NCBI GenBank assembly: GCA_025786725.1
Contig: JAHLTZ010000007.1
Coordinates: 248,001 to 312,000 of the forward strand
Direction: 5' to 3'
Origin: Syncephalis fuscata S228
Lineage: Eukaryota > Fungi > Zoopagomycota
DNA length: 64,000 bases
Under the pieces are notes generated by a model. That model worked only from the letters and a program-made list of their open reading frames with translations, had not been told where the DNA came from and searched no databases. This document shows positions 1-14,260 of the stretch, one piece after another; positions within the stretch are counted from its first letter, which is position 1; each line of letters starts with the position of its first letter. A program made the translations under genes and the position numbers.

Positions 1-249
1 CAACGAACCCATAGAAGATAATACACGAAACAGCGATAAATTGCAAAACAAGTGCTGACTAAATAGAATGGGCAACTAAGCAAGTATTTGTGTGTGTGTG
101 TGTATTGTGTGTGTATTGTGTGTGTAATACGAAACCGCTACTCGTTTAGTCAGTGGGGAAGCGTTGACGTATTTAAACACCACGAATCTAGCGCTATTCA
201 GTCTACAAGCATTATTCTTCTACCTGATTATTTACTTGTATTTGAAACC

Positions 250-1602
250 ATGTCGACTGTTTTGGAACAACTTAAGCAATACACTACGGTAGTTGCTGAT
301 ACCGGTGACTTTGAGAGTAAGTTGTATTCTAACTACTGAAGAGATCTTTAATAAACATCTTTATTGGCGTGCATGTTGTAAATAGGCATTGCTCAATACA
401 AGCCAACGGACGCTACTACCAATCCTTCGTTGATTCTCGCAGCAACGAAAAAGGAAAAGTATGCTCCATTGGTGGAACAGGCAGTTGAATTTGGCAAGCA
501 ACGTGGCAGGTAAGTTGATGGATAGATATAGCATAGTGACGTGCCAATAATCTTAACGATTCATTGATGACAGCACGGCTGCTGAGAAGGTCGACTGGGC
601 CATGGATAAACTAGTAAGATAAAAATTAATCAAGCAATTATGTTTATACCAACAATCATTATATTGGTTAATAGTTGATTAACTTTGGTGTTGAAATCCT
701 TAAACTGGTTCCAGGCCGTGTATCAACCGAAGTGGATGCTCAGTAAGCACTACAATGGATAGATTATGACAATTCACTAATGTTATTGCTAGTTTGTCCT
801 TCAACAAGCAAGCAACCATTGACAAGGCATTGCGCCTAATTAAGCTATATGAAGAAGTCAATATTCCCAAAGAACGCATTCTTATTAAAATTGCTTCAAC
901 TTGGGAGGGTAAGTTACGAGGCAAGCCATACAGCTACATTTTATTAATGATTTTTATAGGTATCCAGGCCGCACACGAACTCGAGACGAAACACGGCATC
1001 CACTGCAATCTTACATTGCTATTCTCCTTTGCCCAAGCAGTTGCTTGTGCCGAGGCCGGTGTTACTTTAATCTCACCATTTGTCGGTCGTATCTTGGACT
1101 GGTACAAGAAGCAAACAGGCAAGGATTACGCTGATCCAGAAACAGATCCAGGCGTTGTTTCTGTACGTCGCATCTATAACTACTACAAGGCCCACGGCTA
1201 CAATACCATTGTGATGGGTGCCAGTTTCCGTAATACCGGTGAGATCCACGCACTTGCCGGCTGCGACTACCTTACTATTTCACCAGCTCTACTTGAAGAT
1301 TTGAACAATGCGCAAACAAACTTGCCACGTTTATTGTCTCCAGAAAAAGGTAATATATTGATAAGCAAAATGATTTATTTTAAACTATGAGCTAATCATT
1401 AAACTATAACATAATAATAATGATGATAATAATAATAGCTGCTGCTCAAGCTGATGCAAAGATCCATCTGAATGAAGCTACCTTCCGCTGGCAGCTTAAC
1501 GAAGATCCTATGGCCACTGAAAAGCTGAGCGAAGGTATCCGCAAATTTGCCGAAGATGCCACCAAATTGTCCGATGATTTGCTAGCCAGGGTCAATGCTT
1601 AG
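250..1602 (+). CDS. TAL1: Transaldolase (multi-exon)
   Basis: [52 protein letters not shown] (catalytic Lys), [37 protein letters not shown]. Short GT-AG introns join the ORF-track fragments. TAG at 1600-1602. Confidence 0.97.
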
Positions 1603-1855
1603 ACACAGTGATGCTATTACCGACAGGTTAACGCGTTTATTTAGTCTGTTTTTAATAAAGGATAGACTATTTAACACAACAGTGCATTATTATTAGTAGC
1701 CATTACTTATTTACTAATTGCTCATTTGAACTTTTAATATTGGATCATTATACGTTATTTATATTAAATTTTATCAATGATTTTATCAAATCTAATATAT
1801 ATATATTACCGAAATCACAATAATTTAATCAAAGAATATTCAAATATTTCATCGT

Positions 1856-3881
1856 TTAATTGCCACCACTTTTCCCCGAAACCATTTGACGAATCTAAAT
1901 AAACACGGTTATTTATCAATAAACAATGGATGTGCTAATAAGCTACAACTTACACGCTTATACTTTTTTGTAGGAAAATTTGGTGCCACTTCAATAGCTT
2001 CATACGGTAGTAGCCATTCGAGCAGTGTTAAGAATAGTAAATCAATGGCTGCCATAATGCAAAATAACTTGCCAGCCCATAATCCACAGCCATAATAACG
2101 ACGAAGACGTTCAATAAAAGGCGGTGTTGATATACGTATAATATGATCGTATACCTATTTATTAGCACATCAATTAGCGTCTATTCTATGTTTGTAAATG
2201 TATCTTACTATTTCTGTACGAGCTGCTACATTTGCCCAACTATACATCTCTTTAACCTCTTCGTGTTGTCGCATTGGTAATACCTCTTTCATTTGAACGC
2301 TTTTAACTGCTTGCATTACAGCTCGCACCAAATCTGTGTAATTTTGGATAACTATAACTATAACTAAATATAATAGCAAATAGATCTTACCATTTTCCTC
2401 GGGTTGAGCAAAGCAAATCATATGCGGCGGCAATACTTCAGGAATACCTCCTACATGAGTACTCACAACCGTAAGTCTTGGCAAAGTCAATAAATGGCTC
2501 ATTTAAATAAAATATCAGTTACTGACCCACAACTTGCTGCCTCGACTACAGCAATACAAAATGCTTCTGTAAGACTAGTATTTAAGAAAATATTGCCTTG
2601 TACCAATACCTGCATTTATAAATAGTGGTTACGGTAAATAAATTGTTATGATAAACTATGCTTTACTCACATTGCGCACTTCATGATGTTTTACTGAGCC
2701 AATAAAGCGCACTCGGTCATGCAATAAACAGTTTTCTCGCATTTGCTCCAAATCTATTCGCTTGGCGCCATCTCCCGCTATTCTCAAACAATTAGCATAT
2801 TGCAGCCATGTTCGTCACTTTAACATACCAATAAGAAATCGAACTTTAGGAAATGCTGCACATACCCGGGGAATAACGGCAACAAGTAAATCAATGCCTT
2901 TTCGATAGGCCAATCGACTAATAACAACAATAGTAACTGATTTACATTATATAAAGTGCCATTAATATTTCATTATTGCAATAATCTATCATCACTTACT
3001 CCAATTGGGATCCGGCGCACTTGGATCAGGCAGAAATTGCGATACAGCAATAGCATTAGGAATGACCGATACATCTTCTGGATTAAGCGCAGCTCGCAGC
3101 ACTGTATTCTCTTTACTGAAAAAAAAACTATCAATTAATACTACGTTTATATGGTGTATTAAAACTACCTTGTATGTGACACACAAATAACATGATCGAC
3201 ATCTGAAAGTGTAAACTTTAATATCTTGTTACCAACAACATTGCCAAGGTCATTAAACCCAAAGAGTGAATGATCGGTAAAGCAGGTGCGCAATCCCATC
3301 GTTCGAGCATGAAATATCGCTTCATGACATAGAGGCGATAGTGCCTATGCAAACAGTACCGCCCAATTGGTTATAAGTTTGATAACAGAGCTTTAATTTT
3401 ACATGTTCGATTGGCCTACCTGATGTCCATGCACTACCTGTATCCGCTCTCGAACATAGATTGCTCGCAGCAATGGTAAAAATGCAAAGAAAGTTGGCGG
3501 TATTGCTTGTTGATAGCCAACCCAAGCTGGAAGATAATACACCTTAAGACCATTGGTAAGATAGCGTATACCCGTACGCTGACCATAAGCATGCGTTACA
3601 ACCACCACCTAGTATTTCATAGTGTTAGTCATGGCCAGCACTTTATACGACCAACTGCCACTTACTTTATGTCCTCGTTCGATAAGCTGCTGGCCCAAAT
3701 GAAATAAATGTGATTCTACACCGCCCATGTTCGGGTAGAAAAAGTCGGACACCAGGCTAGCGTAATATTAGCAAACAGTAAACAGTTGTATTATCGGCAC
3801 TAGTTTTACTTACCAAATGTTCAAACGACACATCTTGCCCGACACATTCGGCTGAGTAGCTGGCTGTATACTCGTCGCCAT
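1856..3881 (-). CDS. GPI3: Phosphatidylinositol N-acetylglucosaminyltransferase catalytic subunit (PIG-A/Gpi3/Spt14), multi-exon
   Basis: [105 protein letters not shown]. The terminal exon is inferred from splice sites. Confidence 0.95.
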
Positions 3882-6839
3882 TGGCTAATGAAATAAGTAA
3901 AATACAATAAAAGTAGTATATAGAAGGAAGGGAATTCAGTAATAAGGATAAAAAAGAATGAATTGAATTGCTGGAAAGGAGGATGTGGGCACGTAATTAA
4001 CTATCGATTTTTTATTATGAGTTAATTAGTGTTATTTGCAATTGCCAAATAGAGAAGTTGTTTAACAAACTGAAAAATAGACTTTGCGATGAAATAAACG
4101 CATTGTAGCTAATATCATCACATTCCCAATAAAATTAATAATTATAAATAAATCTGTTATTTTTATTGCTTTTATTGTTGTTACTAGTGTTATTATTGCT
4201 CAGCTTTAATTAATAAATTAGTCATAATAAGACTATTTGAATAATCAATTAAAACCACACATGGCCATAAACCAATCATTGCTATGCATGCAAGTTATCT
4301 GCAAGTCAAATAGCATTGAATATGCTAAACGATATTGATAAACTAAATAACACTGAATATAATAAATGACATCAAATATAATAAATACTACTGGTTATAT
4401 TGTAGTGAATAGTAATGATGCTATAAAATACATTAATAGTTATAACCACATGTAACTTAAACACAATTTAAAAGAACTTAAATACCTTTGAATTATAGTA
4501 AAAACCAATCAGTTATATGTTTACTTTCCGTGCAAATGGACAATGGAGACTAGAATATGATAAAAAGTGTGCATTACTATTCCTTAGTGTGGGAAAATGC
4601 GTAATTTACAATTACCCAATGTGATAATAGCATATTTCAACCATCATATTTTATTTTATCATAAAATAATCATCATATCGTCATAAATGAACGCACACTC
4701 ACACTGCGTCATTTATAGATACTGGCAAACAGTTTATAGTATTGCTTAAACAGAACGGATCCATGGGATGACGGAATACTTGCCATTAGCGGTGACTATC
4801 ACGACAGAAACGCTAAATGGTATATATTTGTACATAAAATACGAAGACTTTGCTTAAGGTGACACAACTATGATTAAATCAAGTCGTTATCTATCTAAAT
4901 AGGATGGCACTAAGACATGGTATTTTGTTACTGATTCTACTGATGTGATAGTTTATGCTATAAACAGTGAATTCGTGCACAGTAGCATGCCAAGACCCAT
5001 GCAACCGCTCTACCAGCTACTTTCTACTGCATGAGGCTAGATTTCTGTCATCCATGATGTCATGCCATAGCATAGCAAGGATCAGCAAGCGGCACCATGT
5101 AACAGCAAGTAAACCAGCCGGTTCTCACATGCATACTGCTCAGTGATTCGGTCAAGGTATCTTCCTTGTCATTATTAGAAACATAAGTAGTCGTGGCATA
5201 GTTTGTATCTATTCTACTTACCTTTGATTCCTTTGCTCGTATCTTTTCTATTCCACTTTTTAGCAATATATCTACTACCAACTCGATTACTCTGCACATT
5301 AAAGTTTATCTTTTGCCATTACTTTTTTCTTCACTTGTAAGTACTTTGCCATTTCAAAACCGCTCCATTCTTTTCTCAAACACACACACGCACACCATAC
5401 ATCCTTCCATCAGTAACCCATGTATGATGCTTAGTGTATGAATGGTCACGGGTGTAACCAATCGATTTATCATCTTAACATTTGAATACTCTGCCTATTT
5501 TCTCATCTCCCCATCTCATCTATTAGTGTGCTGTGCTGTTATATATATTTTCTGTACAGTCTACATTTTCCACCCCTCTTTTCATTACCACCACCACCAC
5601 TTCTTCTATTTGCACATAGCTTTTCTTACGCCCTTTCCTCCAACTAAAGGTTAGAGCAGTTATTGCTGCTACCTTGGAGTGTATCAGCGACCAAAAAGCC
5701 TAAACCACTTGCTTATTCTTCTGAAGCAAGTCGTAAGGTCTGGTCACTTTCTTGTTATCGAGGTGCTGGTGCGGCTGTTTCACATTGTAGCGGCATTTTC
5801 GCACGATTCTTTTTTACTTAACCAAATAGCTGCAGACCAGCCGTTAACCTTATTACACCAAGCAACTTTTATATTTCTCTTGGTAACTGTTTGGTAAGTA
5901 ACGCGTGTATTGTGGTATCAAAAGTGAATTTTTTTATTGTGAGGAATGTGGTAATTCTTTATTTTCTATACATATGTATTACACATCCACACATACACAA
6001 AATTGTATTGCCATTTTTTCCAACTGCCAATATCAGCGTGCATCTCACATTCGAGTTGCAGAGCTAGCGGATCAATCGTGCCGGAAACCCGTCTCACTTT
6101 TCTTTTGCACAGGAAAGGCGAAAAAAGTAAGGGGACTTTAAGAAGGAGTAAAATTTTACTAAGCCGATGTACCTGATGGCATGTCATAAATGATCAATCA
6201 GCAATTAATGCATACTTGGCTAAGTATTTTCTGGGCCTTGGCATCTTATTAGATTGATCTACATATGATGTCAGGTCTAGTAAACGTCCATGTCAATATG
6301 AGTAATTGTTTTGTATTCCAGATTTTCTATTTTATTACTCGCTTCTTTTGTTATGAATTACAAAACGCCTTGAATATCCCACTTTATATCCCACTCACAC
6401 GTGGACGGTTCTAATTGCGTAAATATCACTTTATGGCCCAACTTAACAGTAGCTTTTCTATTCCTTATTGTTTCACAACATTAGCCTTTTTACGGGCAAA
6501 TGTGTAACTTGCCTCACTACTTGACCAACATTCAATACGCCTTGGTCTTGGGTGCGTGAAATTATTGTTTTTGTTTTTGAGCATGAACACCGTTGTGTAG
6601 TATTTTTGTTTGTGCCTATTCTTACCGAAACATTCTCCTTAACAACCGGTCTACTTCAAAACACCGCAAATGAAACTGTTTTTATATCTATAATGTTTCT
6701 TACTTACTAACTAACCATTCTTGCCATCATCCATCCTTTCTAGCTTACTCTACCAACCAAGCTATTGAATCAAGCTTTTCGTACTTTAGTCGATTTTAAG
6801 CCTTTAGTTTTAGCAATAATTAGCATTATATTACAGCGC

Positions 6840-9030
6840 ATGTTTCGATTAGGCTACGATACTCACGCTGATCAAGCGCATTCTTTATCCATCAGTGCAC
6901 AGCATCTTAAAAATGCCCCGTCATCTCCGCCGTTAGAATATGACTCATTATCGGCTACTGAAGAGATGACCCCTTCTCATGAACGACCTATAGCAGCCCA
7001 TTCATTACCGACCAGCTTGCCTAATACTGTATCGACCACACCAACAAGCACGCGTTGGTTATCGGCGCCTATCGATAAACTGCGTGGCCGTCTACAGCGT
7101 TTGGGGTCATACAACAATGGCCGAGGCACAATTAGTAATGATGCCGACCTATCGGATACGGCTCCGATCAAGATGTCCAAAGACGACAATATCATTTTGC
7201 GCAATAGCAGTATTCAGTCGTGGCAGTCACATGTTTCGTTGCCTGATTGGGTCGCTTATAACGATAAAGAGAATATGACCGTTAGTCAGTTGGATCAGTA
7301 TGATTACACACGTCGTCAACACCTGCCACTACAGCCGCGTATTAACACGCCGGATTTAATGAGCGCTGGTCATCGTGATGGTCTAATGCCAATCCATGCA
7401 ACTGAAATGACGCATGATGTAAATCGACGGTCTATTACATCCCAAGTGGAACTGACACCAGCATCGACGGATTATGAACAAAGCGAATCCAATTTGGGAT
7501 CATTCCCATCGCCGGCTCTCAGTGCTTGTCCGTCACTTGATTTGATGGACGTACGGCCAACGGGTATCCACTCTTCTTCTTCGTCAATACACTCTGTCTT
7601 ATCGTTACCGTCGCCTCTGACTGGCACAGCAACGGCTGCCTGTGGCTCCCTTTATACACCAGAAGCAATAGCACAACACTTTAATCCTACACAGCTTAAT
7701 AAAGCTTTGGTAAATACGCCGTCAACCGGGCCTGCAAGTATATCTACTGGCGTGTCTTCACCAAGACAATTGCCGCTGCTAACGATTTCGGTACCATCAC
7801 CAACATCGGCCTTCCCGGTGCATGCACATAATGATAACATTGCCGGTCAACCGCGCTTAACCGACAAGCTGGTATTCTCATCGCCAGTTTTGGAGGAAAA
7901 GTCGACACCGCCGTCGATGCTACGTGAGCATAGTTTGGCCACCACTACTTCCAGTTCAGATAGTGCGACCGTTTCAGAAAATCATAGTACGGTCGACATC
8001 GATGCACCCTTCCCAACCACACGCTACAGGCCAGTTCGCCAGTTGGGCAGCGGCTCATTTGCTAGCGTATGGCTAGCCCATGACAAGCTCGATAATTATC
8101 GTAAAGTGGCCATCAAAGTAGTTACAAAGAAGGCAGAACAGCCAACAGATACTGCTGTTGTTGTGGCTAACGTAGAGCGTGCCCGACGAGAAGCTTCGTT
8201 ATTAAGAGTAAGTATTAATTATTAACTGTGCACTATTATTAAACAATTACTAATCATTTACGTATTTATTTATTTATTTTATTTAGACATTAAATCACCC
8301 CAACATTGTAAAAATATTTGATGAATTCGAAACGGAAGATGTATTTTGTTTAACTCTGGAGTATGCTAATGCCGGTGATCTATTCGACTGGGTCACTCGC
8401 GAGCACAATGAAACTACCAAGACAGGCAGCGAATTTGAACAAGTCGTCCGTGACATATTTGGCCAACTGCTACACTCACTACTATATCTCCATTCACAGC
8501 ATGTCATTCATCGTGACATAAAGCTGGAGAATGTATTGCTAGAGAGTGTACCAGTGACTGAAGCTACACCTTCAGGCCTACGTGTTATCTTAGCAGATTT
8601 TGGTCTAGCTATTACACACGTACCACGCGGTGAACAGCCTTTAATGGCCGGTTCCGATGAGTACGCCGCACCTGAAGCAATTCTTCAATCGGCCATGTCA
8701 GCCTCGGCGCCAGTTGTTTCGCCAACTTCAGCGACAAGTGGCTATGACCGTTGTAAAACGGATGTTTGGTCACTAGGCGTTGTTCTTTTTGCACTACTTT
8801 ACGGTCGTTTGCCCTTTTTACGTAAAGCCGGACAGACGCGGCGCAGCTTTCTTTATCGTGTTGCGCAAGGCGATGTCAGCTTTCCGTCGGATATCGACAT
8901 CAGTAATGCTGCTGCGGATATTGTCCGCGCATTATTACGTCGCAAACCAGGCGATCGTCTTTCATTGAACGAAGTTAGACACATGTCTTGGGTCCAAGAC
9001 TATGTGTTGCCACTTGCCGCCTCCTTCTAA
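6840..9030 (+). CDS. Ser/Thr protein kinase (CAMK-like) with long Ser/Thr/Pro-rich N-terminal region
   Basis: LGSGSFASV, VAIK, intron ~8209-8287, LNHPNIV, HRDIKLEN, DFG, GSDEYAAPE, DVWSLGV. The start is taken as the first in-frame ATG and is uncertain; a 5'-UTR intron at ~5894-6743 is possible. Confidence 0.9.
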
Positions 9031-9417
9031 TAATGTCTCGGTTTTAGTTTTGCAAATCTGTTTCCCTTCATTCTCAGTAATCTGTCTTTATTTTGTTAAC
9101 ATTATTGCTATCTTGTCCTGTATATCTTAACTGTGTCTCTACAGTAAGCATATTACTATCTCTGCATCCAATTACCTGTCAAAGTATTCACTAATAACAC
9201 TCTGACTTATCTAAATTTACGACCTATGCTTTTATTATTTTGATAGCAACTTTCGCCAATAGTTTATCTATTTCTATTTCAGTAGCGCTTATTACAAATG
9301 CCGCGACATGAATTTGTCCGGTTTATAACGACAATAAACATAATTCAAACATCATGAAATTACATAGTGTGCATACCAATATAGCTAATAGCAAACAAAC
9401 AACTTTATTGAATTGAT

Positions 9418-11139
9418 TTACATTGCTGGTGCAATAGGAACTTGATGTTGACGATCATTGTTGGCTTGCTTAGCGGCGATGGCAGCTTTTCTTACTGGCA
9501 CAACCGACTCGGTGGTAGGATCATAGTGCACGTCAAATGGTCGATTTAGTGTAGAAAGATACGCACGCACTTTCTTTTGGACATCGGCCAAACTATCGGC
9601 GACAAAATAGACGGACTGGAAGTCGGTAACGGTATACTCTCGTGTTGCTGCTTCATGTGGATTAAACGGCACGCGTTTAGCATTGTCGGCCAAGCAGTGT
9701 TCAAGTTCGGCAATCGATGCAAGCATGCCTGCACCGTAGGCTCGCACCTCGCTACCTTCATAGCATAGACCAAACTCTACCGTATACATAAACAACTATC
9801 ACAAGTAGAATAAAAATGAATTAATCATATCAATAGTTGTGTTAAAGTATGCTTTAACTTACTGCAGACAATCTTTCGATATCTTCATCGCTGGCTCCTA
9901 ATGAGGCAAGGCCAATCTCTTGACAAAAAGCAGCATAATTTGGATCGGCCAAAAGTGCAACGTGTCCAAAAAGTTCATGACATAGATCACTAAATGGCAT
10001 TATTGTGCGTTAGATACGCCGTTTTAACCGTATAAATCTACTTACGGCTCAACCGAGTAAAACGGCGACGAATGGTATCGAATATACTGAGTGGCGCAAA
10101 AGACGCGGAACGCAAGACAGTTAAGGAAGTTGCGTGATGTTAATACACCCATTGCCGGACGCATAATGAATCCAGTTCGTTCTTAATAAATAAGCTAGAT
10201 TAGCAAGTGTTTTACGTGATAATAAATCGTTTCTTACTTTTAAGGAACTCTGTAATATCAGCTTGTTGTGGAATATTGTCCTCGCTATAGCCGCAGTGCT
10301 GCTCAAGAAGTACAAAGTTTTCCCTGAATTCGCGGCAGGCATGTGTTGGATAAAGCTCTTTGGTCTTACGATAAACTGCTCGCCTAAAAAGAATCATTAT
10401 AGTCAATATCGTTATACTCAATCCTGTGTAGCCATCTTACCATGTTGCAATTTCCTGTGGTGTATATGTAATGCGTGGCAATTGATCACCACTGAAAATA
10501 GCGTATTTAATAATAGATTTACGTAATGAAGCTATTGACTTACTGTGAATAGTTGTTAGCAATGCTGGTGATTTCAACACGACGTTGTCGGAATGTAATA
10601 TCATTAAATCCAGGATGATCAGGTTCTGAGTGGTATAAAGTGTTAAAATACTACTGTATACAACATACACTTACCAAGTTCTTTTGTTTCTGGAACAACG
10701 TTGCCGCGTTCTTCATCAAGATCCGCAGCTGTACGAGGAAAAGCTGGCGATTCATTAACGAGTAATTCTAGGTCATAATTGTTTGATTCGACTAGACGAA
10801 CGTTTTTTGCTACTTTTTTTAGTGTGGCTTGGATCTCTATCATTGACTAATATACATAATAAGCATTGGTCAATTTAAATGCATTGACATAAAACCAACA
10901 TTATTTGTTTTGTCGACCAGCAGTTCAATAAACATATCTTGTCCATGAGTATGATGGCAACTCGGGCGTGACTCGATACGGGCCAAAGAGATATTGAATG
11001 GCTGAAGTACGGTAAGACAATTGGCCAACGTTTCTACCTGATTATCAATTGAAAACATGAGCGCCATGCGCTGAGTTTTCATATCGATATCGGTTAGATG
11101 GCCGATGGGATGCGAGATAGGTTGTTCAATTCGATTCAT
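9418..11139 (-). CDS. PAH: Biopterin-dependent aromatic amino acid hydroxylase (phenylalanine 4-hydroxylase-like) with N-terminal ACT domain
   Basis: ACT motif [11 protein letters not shown]; PDHPGF; [10 protein letters not shown]; [11 protein letters not shown]; iron ligands in [11 protein letters not shown] and TVEFGLC; AYGAGMLAS; YFVADS. Multiple short introns. Confidence 0.92.
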
Positions 11140-12412
11140 GGTAATGGAAATGCAATGTAGTTGCTGATAGCAGATGAAATATAATGTATTGAGTACCAAA
11201 ACTAATGATAAAGGATTTTACTGTTTAAATTCAACACTTGGCAATAGCGCTTTTATTTATATGAATAAACATTTGGGCATTCGTTTAGAGTGTATCACAA
11301 ATAATTGGCTTCGTTAGTTTATACATACGATAAGGCCTTGTAATAACTTGTTAATCAGACATTGCCTCAAATAAGACAATAGTGTCACTAGTTAAGTACT
11401 CATTACACAATTCACGCACCTGTAGAGAAAAAAGGGCTAAAACATCACAAATAGTTTCATTATACTTTCTAGCATACATGTAACAGAACAAGTCTGGCCC
11501 GCATTTTTTAAAACAAACGTGCATTGTTAAAATAAGCCTTAAACCTTGCAAAAAAAGAAGTCTTGATTTTATTAATAAAATAAAACGCATAAAACAATGT
11601 CGCAATACGAAGCAATGGACTGGACTGAATACTATACCCCGTTCACAGTATTACAATAGATTAGAATTACTAATCAATGAAAGACATGGATGGTAGTGAT
11701 GGAGTTATAGTGCAAATAATACAATAAGCAAAACAAATAAAGTGCGTAAAAGTCTATAACAATTAAAATGTATTTAATATATCATGGAATGATATGCGGC
11801 AGTGTGGACACACAGCAATAATCATACAGGCGGATAAAAGCCGTTTGCATACTGGATACTGAGTCTACAATAATGAATATTTTGACCACTGATGTTACTC
11901 ACTGCTTAGTTCTATGCTTAATAGAAAGAATGTTATTAAATTTAGTCATTTTAAAACAAAACATAACATTAAATGGCTAATAGATTGTTTAATGTAAATA
12001 TAATGGCAATAATAGAAATAAATTACTAATATCATTGGTTTGGTTAGACAACTGGCCTGGCCGTTGTTGTATCAAACGCAATCAATCGTAGTATGTTTAT
12101 AAAAAGTTATATTTATTTAAGAAATAAGAAATAACATATAATAATACTATAATATAAATCGAATAACTACACGACGTATTAAAAAAATACTAGCATGTTC
12201 GTCACATAGACAAACATGATACTATTTTACCAAAAATAAAGCAATAGTTTCAAGTCAATGTAGAGCCAGTTAAAGAAAGTAGGAAAGTTCTAATAAAGAT
12301 TAGCGAAATGAATAGTGCACAGGCAGTGATTAAATGAATACTGTTGGGTGTTATAGGTTTATGGCGCAATATTGGGCCAATAAGATACAATAGAAGGTGG
12401 TGAGTGAAGCTG

Positions 12413-13801
12413 CTATAGGCCTTCTTGGTGTAGACGAGTGGCAATGCCCATGTAGAATTCCATAACGTCAAAATTGGAGTGCTGTCCTGTTGCAAGCCAA
12501 CGCCAGCAATTATTGAGCTCCCAATGATCTGCGTCGACAGTCCCAAGGTATTTGCCCCAACGCGCGCTGTTCACGCTTACAAGGCCATCATTATCGCCTT
12601 CACGGGAATCGACAACCTCCCATGGCATGCGAAGAATGTGGAAAAGTGACAGTTGTGACACACGAGCACCAAAGGAAAAGTATTGTGTATCAGGATGGTT
12701 GGGCGTGTTCGGATTAAAAACGTTTTCCAAATACGATGTCGTAAGGTTGGCATAGGCAGGATGGTCGAGTAATGGGCTGACCATACGGATTGCCGGCTGC
12801 ATTTGCCGTGCGGCTGCGGTCAATGTGGGTGTTAACGTATGTAGCGAGGCCTTTTTGCTACAAGTGCCGGTACCTGTAGCGGCATTTTTGCATGCAGCCT
12901 CACTACCAGTATCTGTGTTGAGTTCGTGCGCGCCAGCCACCAGTGTTGCCACGGCAGCAGCACCTGTGCCACCTGTACGTGCAAGGTGCAAATTATCACG
13001 GCACCAATCCATAAATGGGCTGCCGCGATGAGGTGTCGATATTGTTGTAAGAGAGCTGACACGGTATTCATTTGGCCGCACATGGGAAGCCAAATAGCGA
13101 ACGTCTAAACCGCCCATCGAATGAGCAATAAAGTTCATTTCTCGTCCAGGCAATACGCGGCAAAGAGCGCTATGCAGTTCGTTGGCACGTTTGGCAATTG
13201 TATTAGCGCCGGATACACGCGCCACATAAACTTCGGCTCCTAGTCGGCATAGTGCATCTTTGATTCCACGCCAATAGTGAATCTGTAAACTTGGCAAAGC
13301 ATCAAATCCGCGCTTGTCATAGCCAAATAGTCCGTGACAAAGAACAACTGGATTTCTAGGTGGGCGATAACGGGGTGCTACGTGTTGTGCATACGGAATA
13401 AAACCGGCTGAAGATGCAGTACGTGTAGCGGAAGTATCCGAGTAGCTTTTGGCGGAGGTAGCTTGAGACCCGTGTTCAAATCGGATACCTAGTGTATCGA
13501 GTAACTTGGTAAACCGATAAAAAGGAGACGCCTCTGTTGGTGTTAATTTCACGGCAGTAACAGCCGGTGTAAACGGTGCAGGGCGTACTATCTGTCCAAT
13601 ATTGTTCAGATATTGAGCTGATACACCCGGAATAGAGCGGCGTAACTCCACGAAAGCGCTGGAAGCCAACCGAGCATGGAGTTGAATCCATGACCGCTTA
13701 TGTAAATCCAGTCGATGACGACGGAGCCGGCTCTGTGCGATAGAGTATGCACGTTGCATGCTACGGCGTGCATACTCTACTAAAGATACTGAAGAGTGCA
13801 T
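12413..13801 (-). CDS. Alpha/beta-hydrolase triacylglycerol lipase, Tgl2-like (intronless)
   Basis: PVVLCHGLFG, YWRGI, nucleophile motif IAHSMGGLD, TISTPHRGS, NDGLVSV, DHWELNN. The Arg-rich N-terminus from ATG 13801 resembles a mitochondrial presequence. Confidence 0.88.
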   Translation of the reverse strand: MHSSVSLVEYARRSMQRAYSIAQSRLRRHRLDLHKRSWIQLHARLASSAFVELRRSIPGVSAQYLNNIGQIVRPAPFTPAVTAVKLTPTEASPFYRFTKLLDTLGIRFEHGSQATSAKSYSDTSATRTASSAGFIPYAQHVAPRYRPPRNPVVLCHGLFGYDKRGFDALPSLQIHYWRGIKDALCRLGAEVYVARVSGANTIAKRANELHSALCRVLPGREMNFIAHSMGGLDVRYLASHVRPNEYRVSSLTTISTPHRGSPFMDWCRDNLHLARTGGTGAAAVATLVAGAHELNTDTGSEAACKNAATGTGTCSKKASLHTLTPTLTAAARQMQPAIRMVSPLLDHPAYANLTTSYLENVFNPNTPNHPDTQYFSFGARVSQLSLFHILRMPWEVVDSREGDNDGLVSVNSARWGKYLGTVDADHWELNNCWRWLATGQHSNFDVMEFYMGIATRLHQEGL

Positions 13802-13889
13802 GGTTGCTATTAATGGACTTAATGATTGAGAGTATTCATGAGATGCAGTAACGGCGGTGATGATTTTGCAATATAAATTACTCGATATT

Positions 13890-14260
13890 GCCGCTGTCAC
13901 TGTTAAGCTGTTGTTAACAAATGACAAAAAAATAAAAATAAACAAAGAAAGTGGCTTCAAGACCCTTAAAGCTGCCGAAATGCGGTTAGTCGAAAATGAC
14001 AGTGCTATGCACTATAAAAGAGAAAATGAGTTGATTCACGTAGATTGATGCTGTACTGGCGCTATTATTGCACTGCTGCTAGTAGTGCTACAGCTGTAGT
14101 TGCTATAATAGACAGTGAAGTTGGCTTTAAGTCGTTTAGAAAGCTGTCAAAGTGTTATCGGTCGACAATAGCAGCTATAGCACTATGAAAGTAAAGGATG
14201 AGTTAATCTACGTAGGTTGATGATGCTGCACTAGTAGTATTATGGCAGTATTGTTAGCAA
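13890..14260. repeat. Imperfect tandem duplication, two ~170-185 bp units, upstream of the lipase
   Basis: ...gcactataaaagagaaaatgagttgattcacgtagattgatgctg... (~14009-14053) recurs as ...gcactatgaaagtaaaggatgagttaatctacgtaggttgatgatgctg... (~14180-14228). Confidence 0.6.

Noticed and set aside
13802-13960. Signal-peptide-like N-terminal extension of the lipase in the ORF track
   Set aside because: Depends on a TTG start and overlaps a non-coding tandem duplication; ATG 13801 gives a normal Tgl2-like protein.
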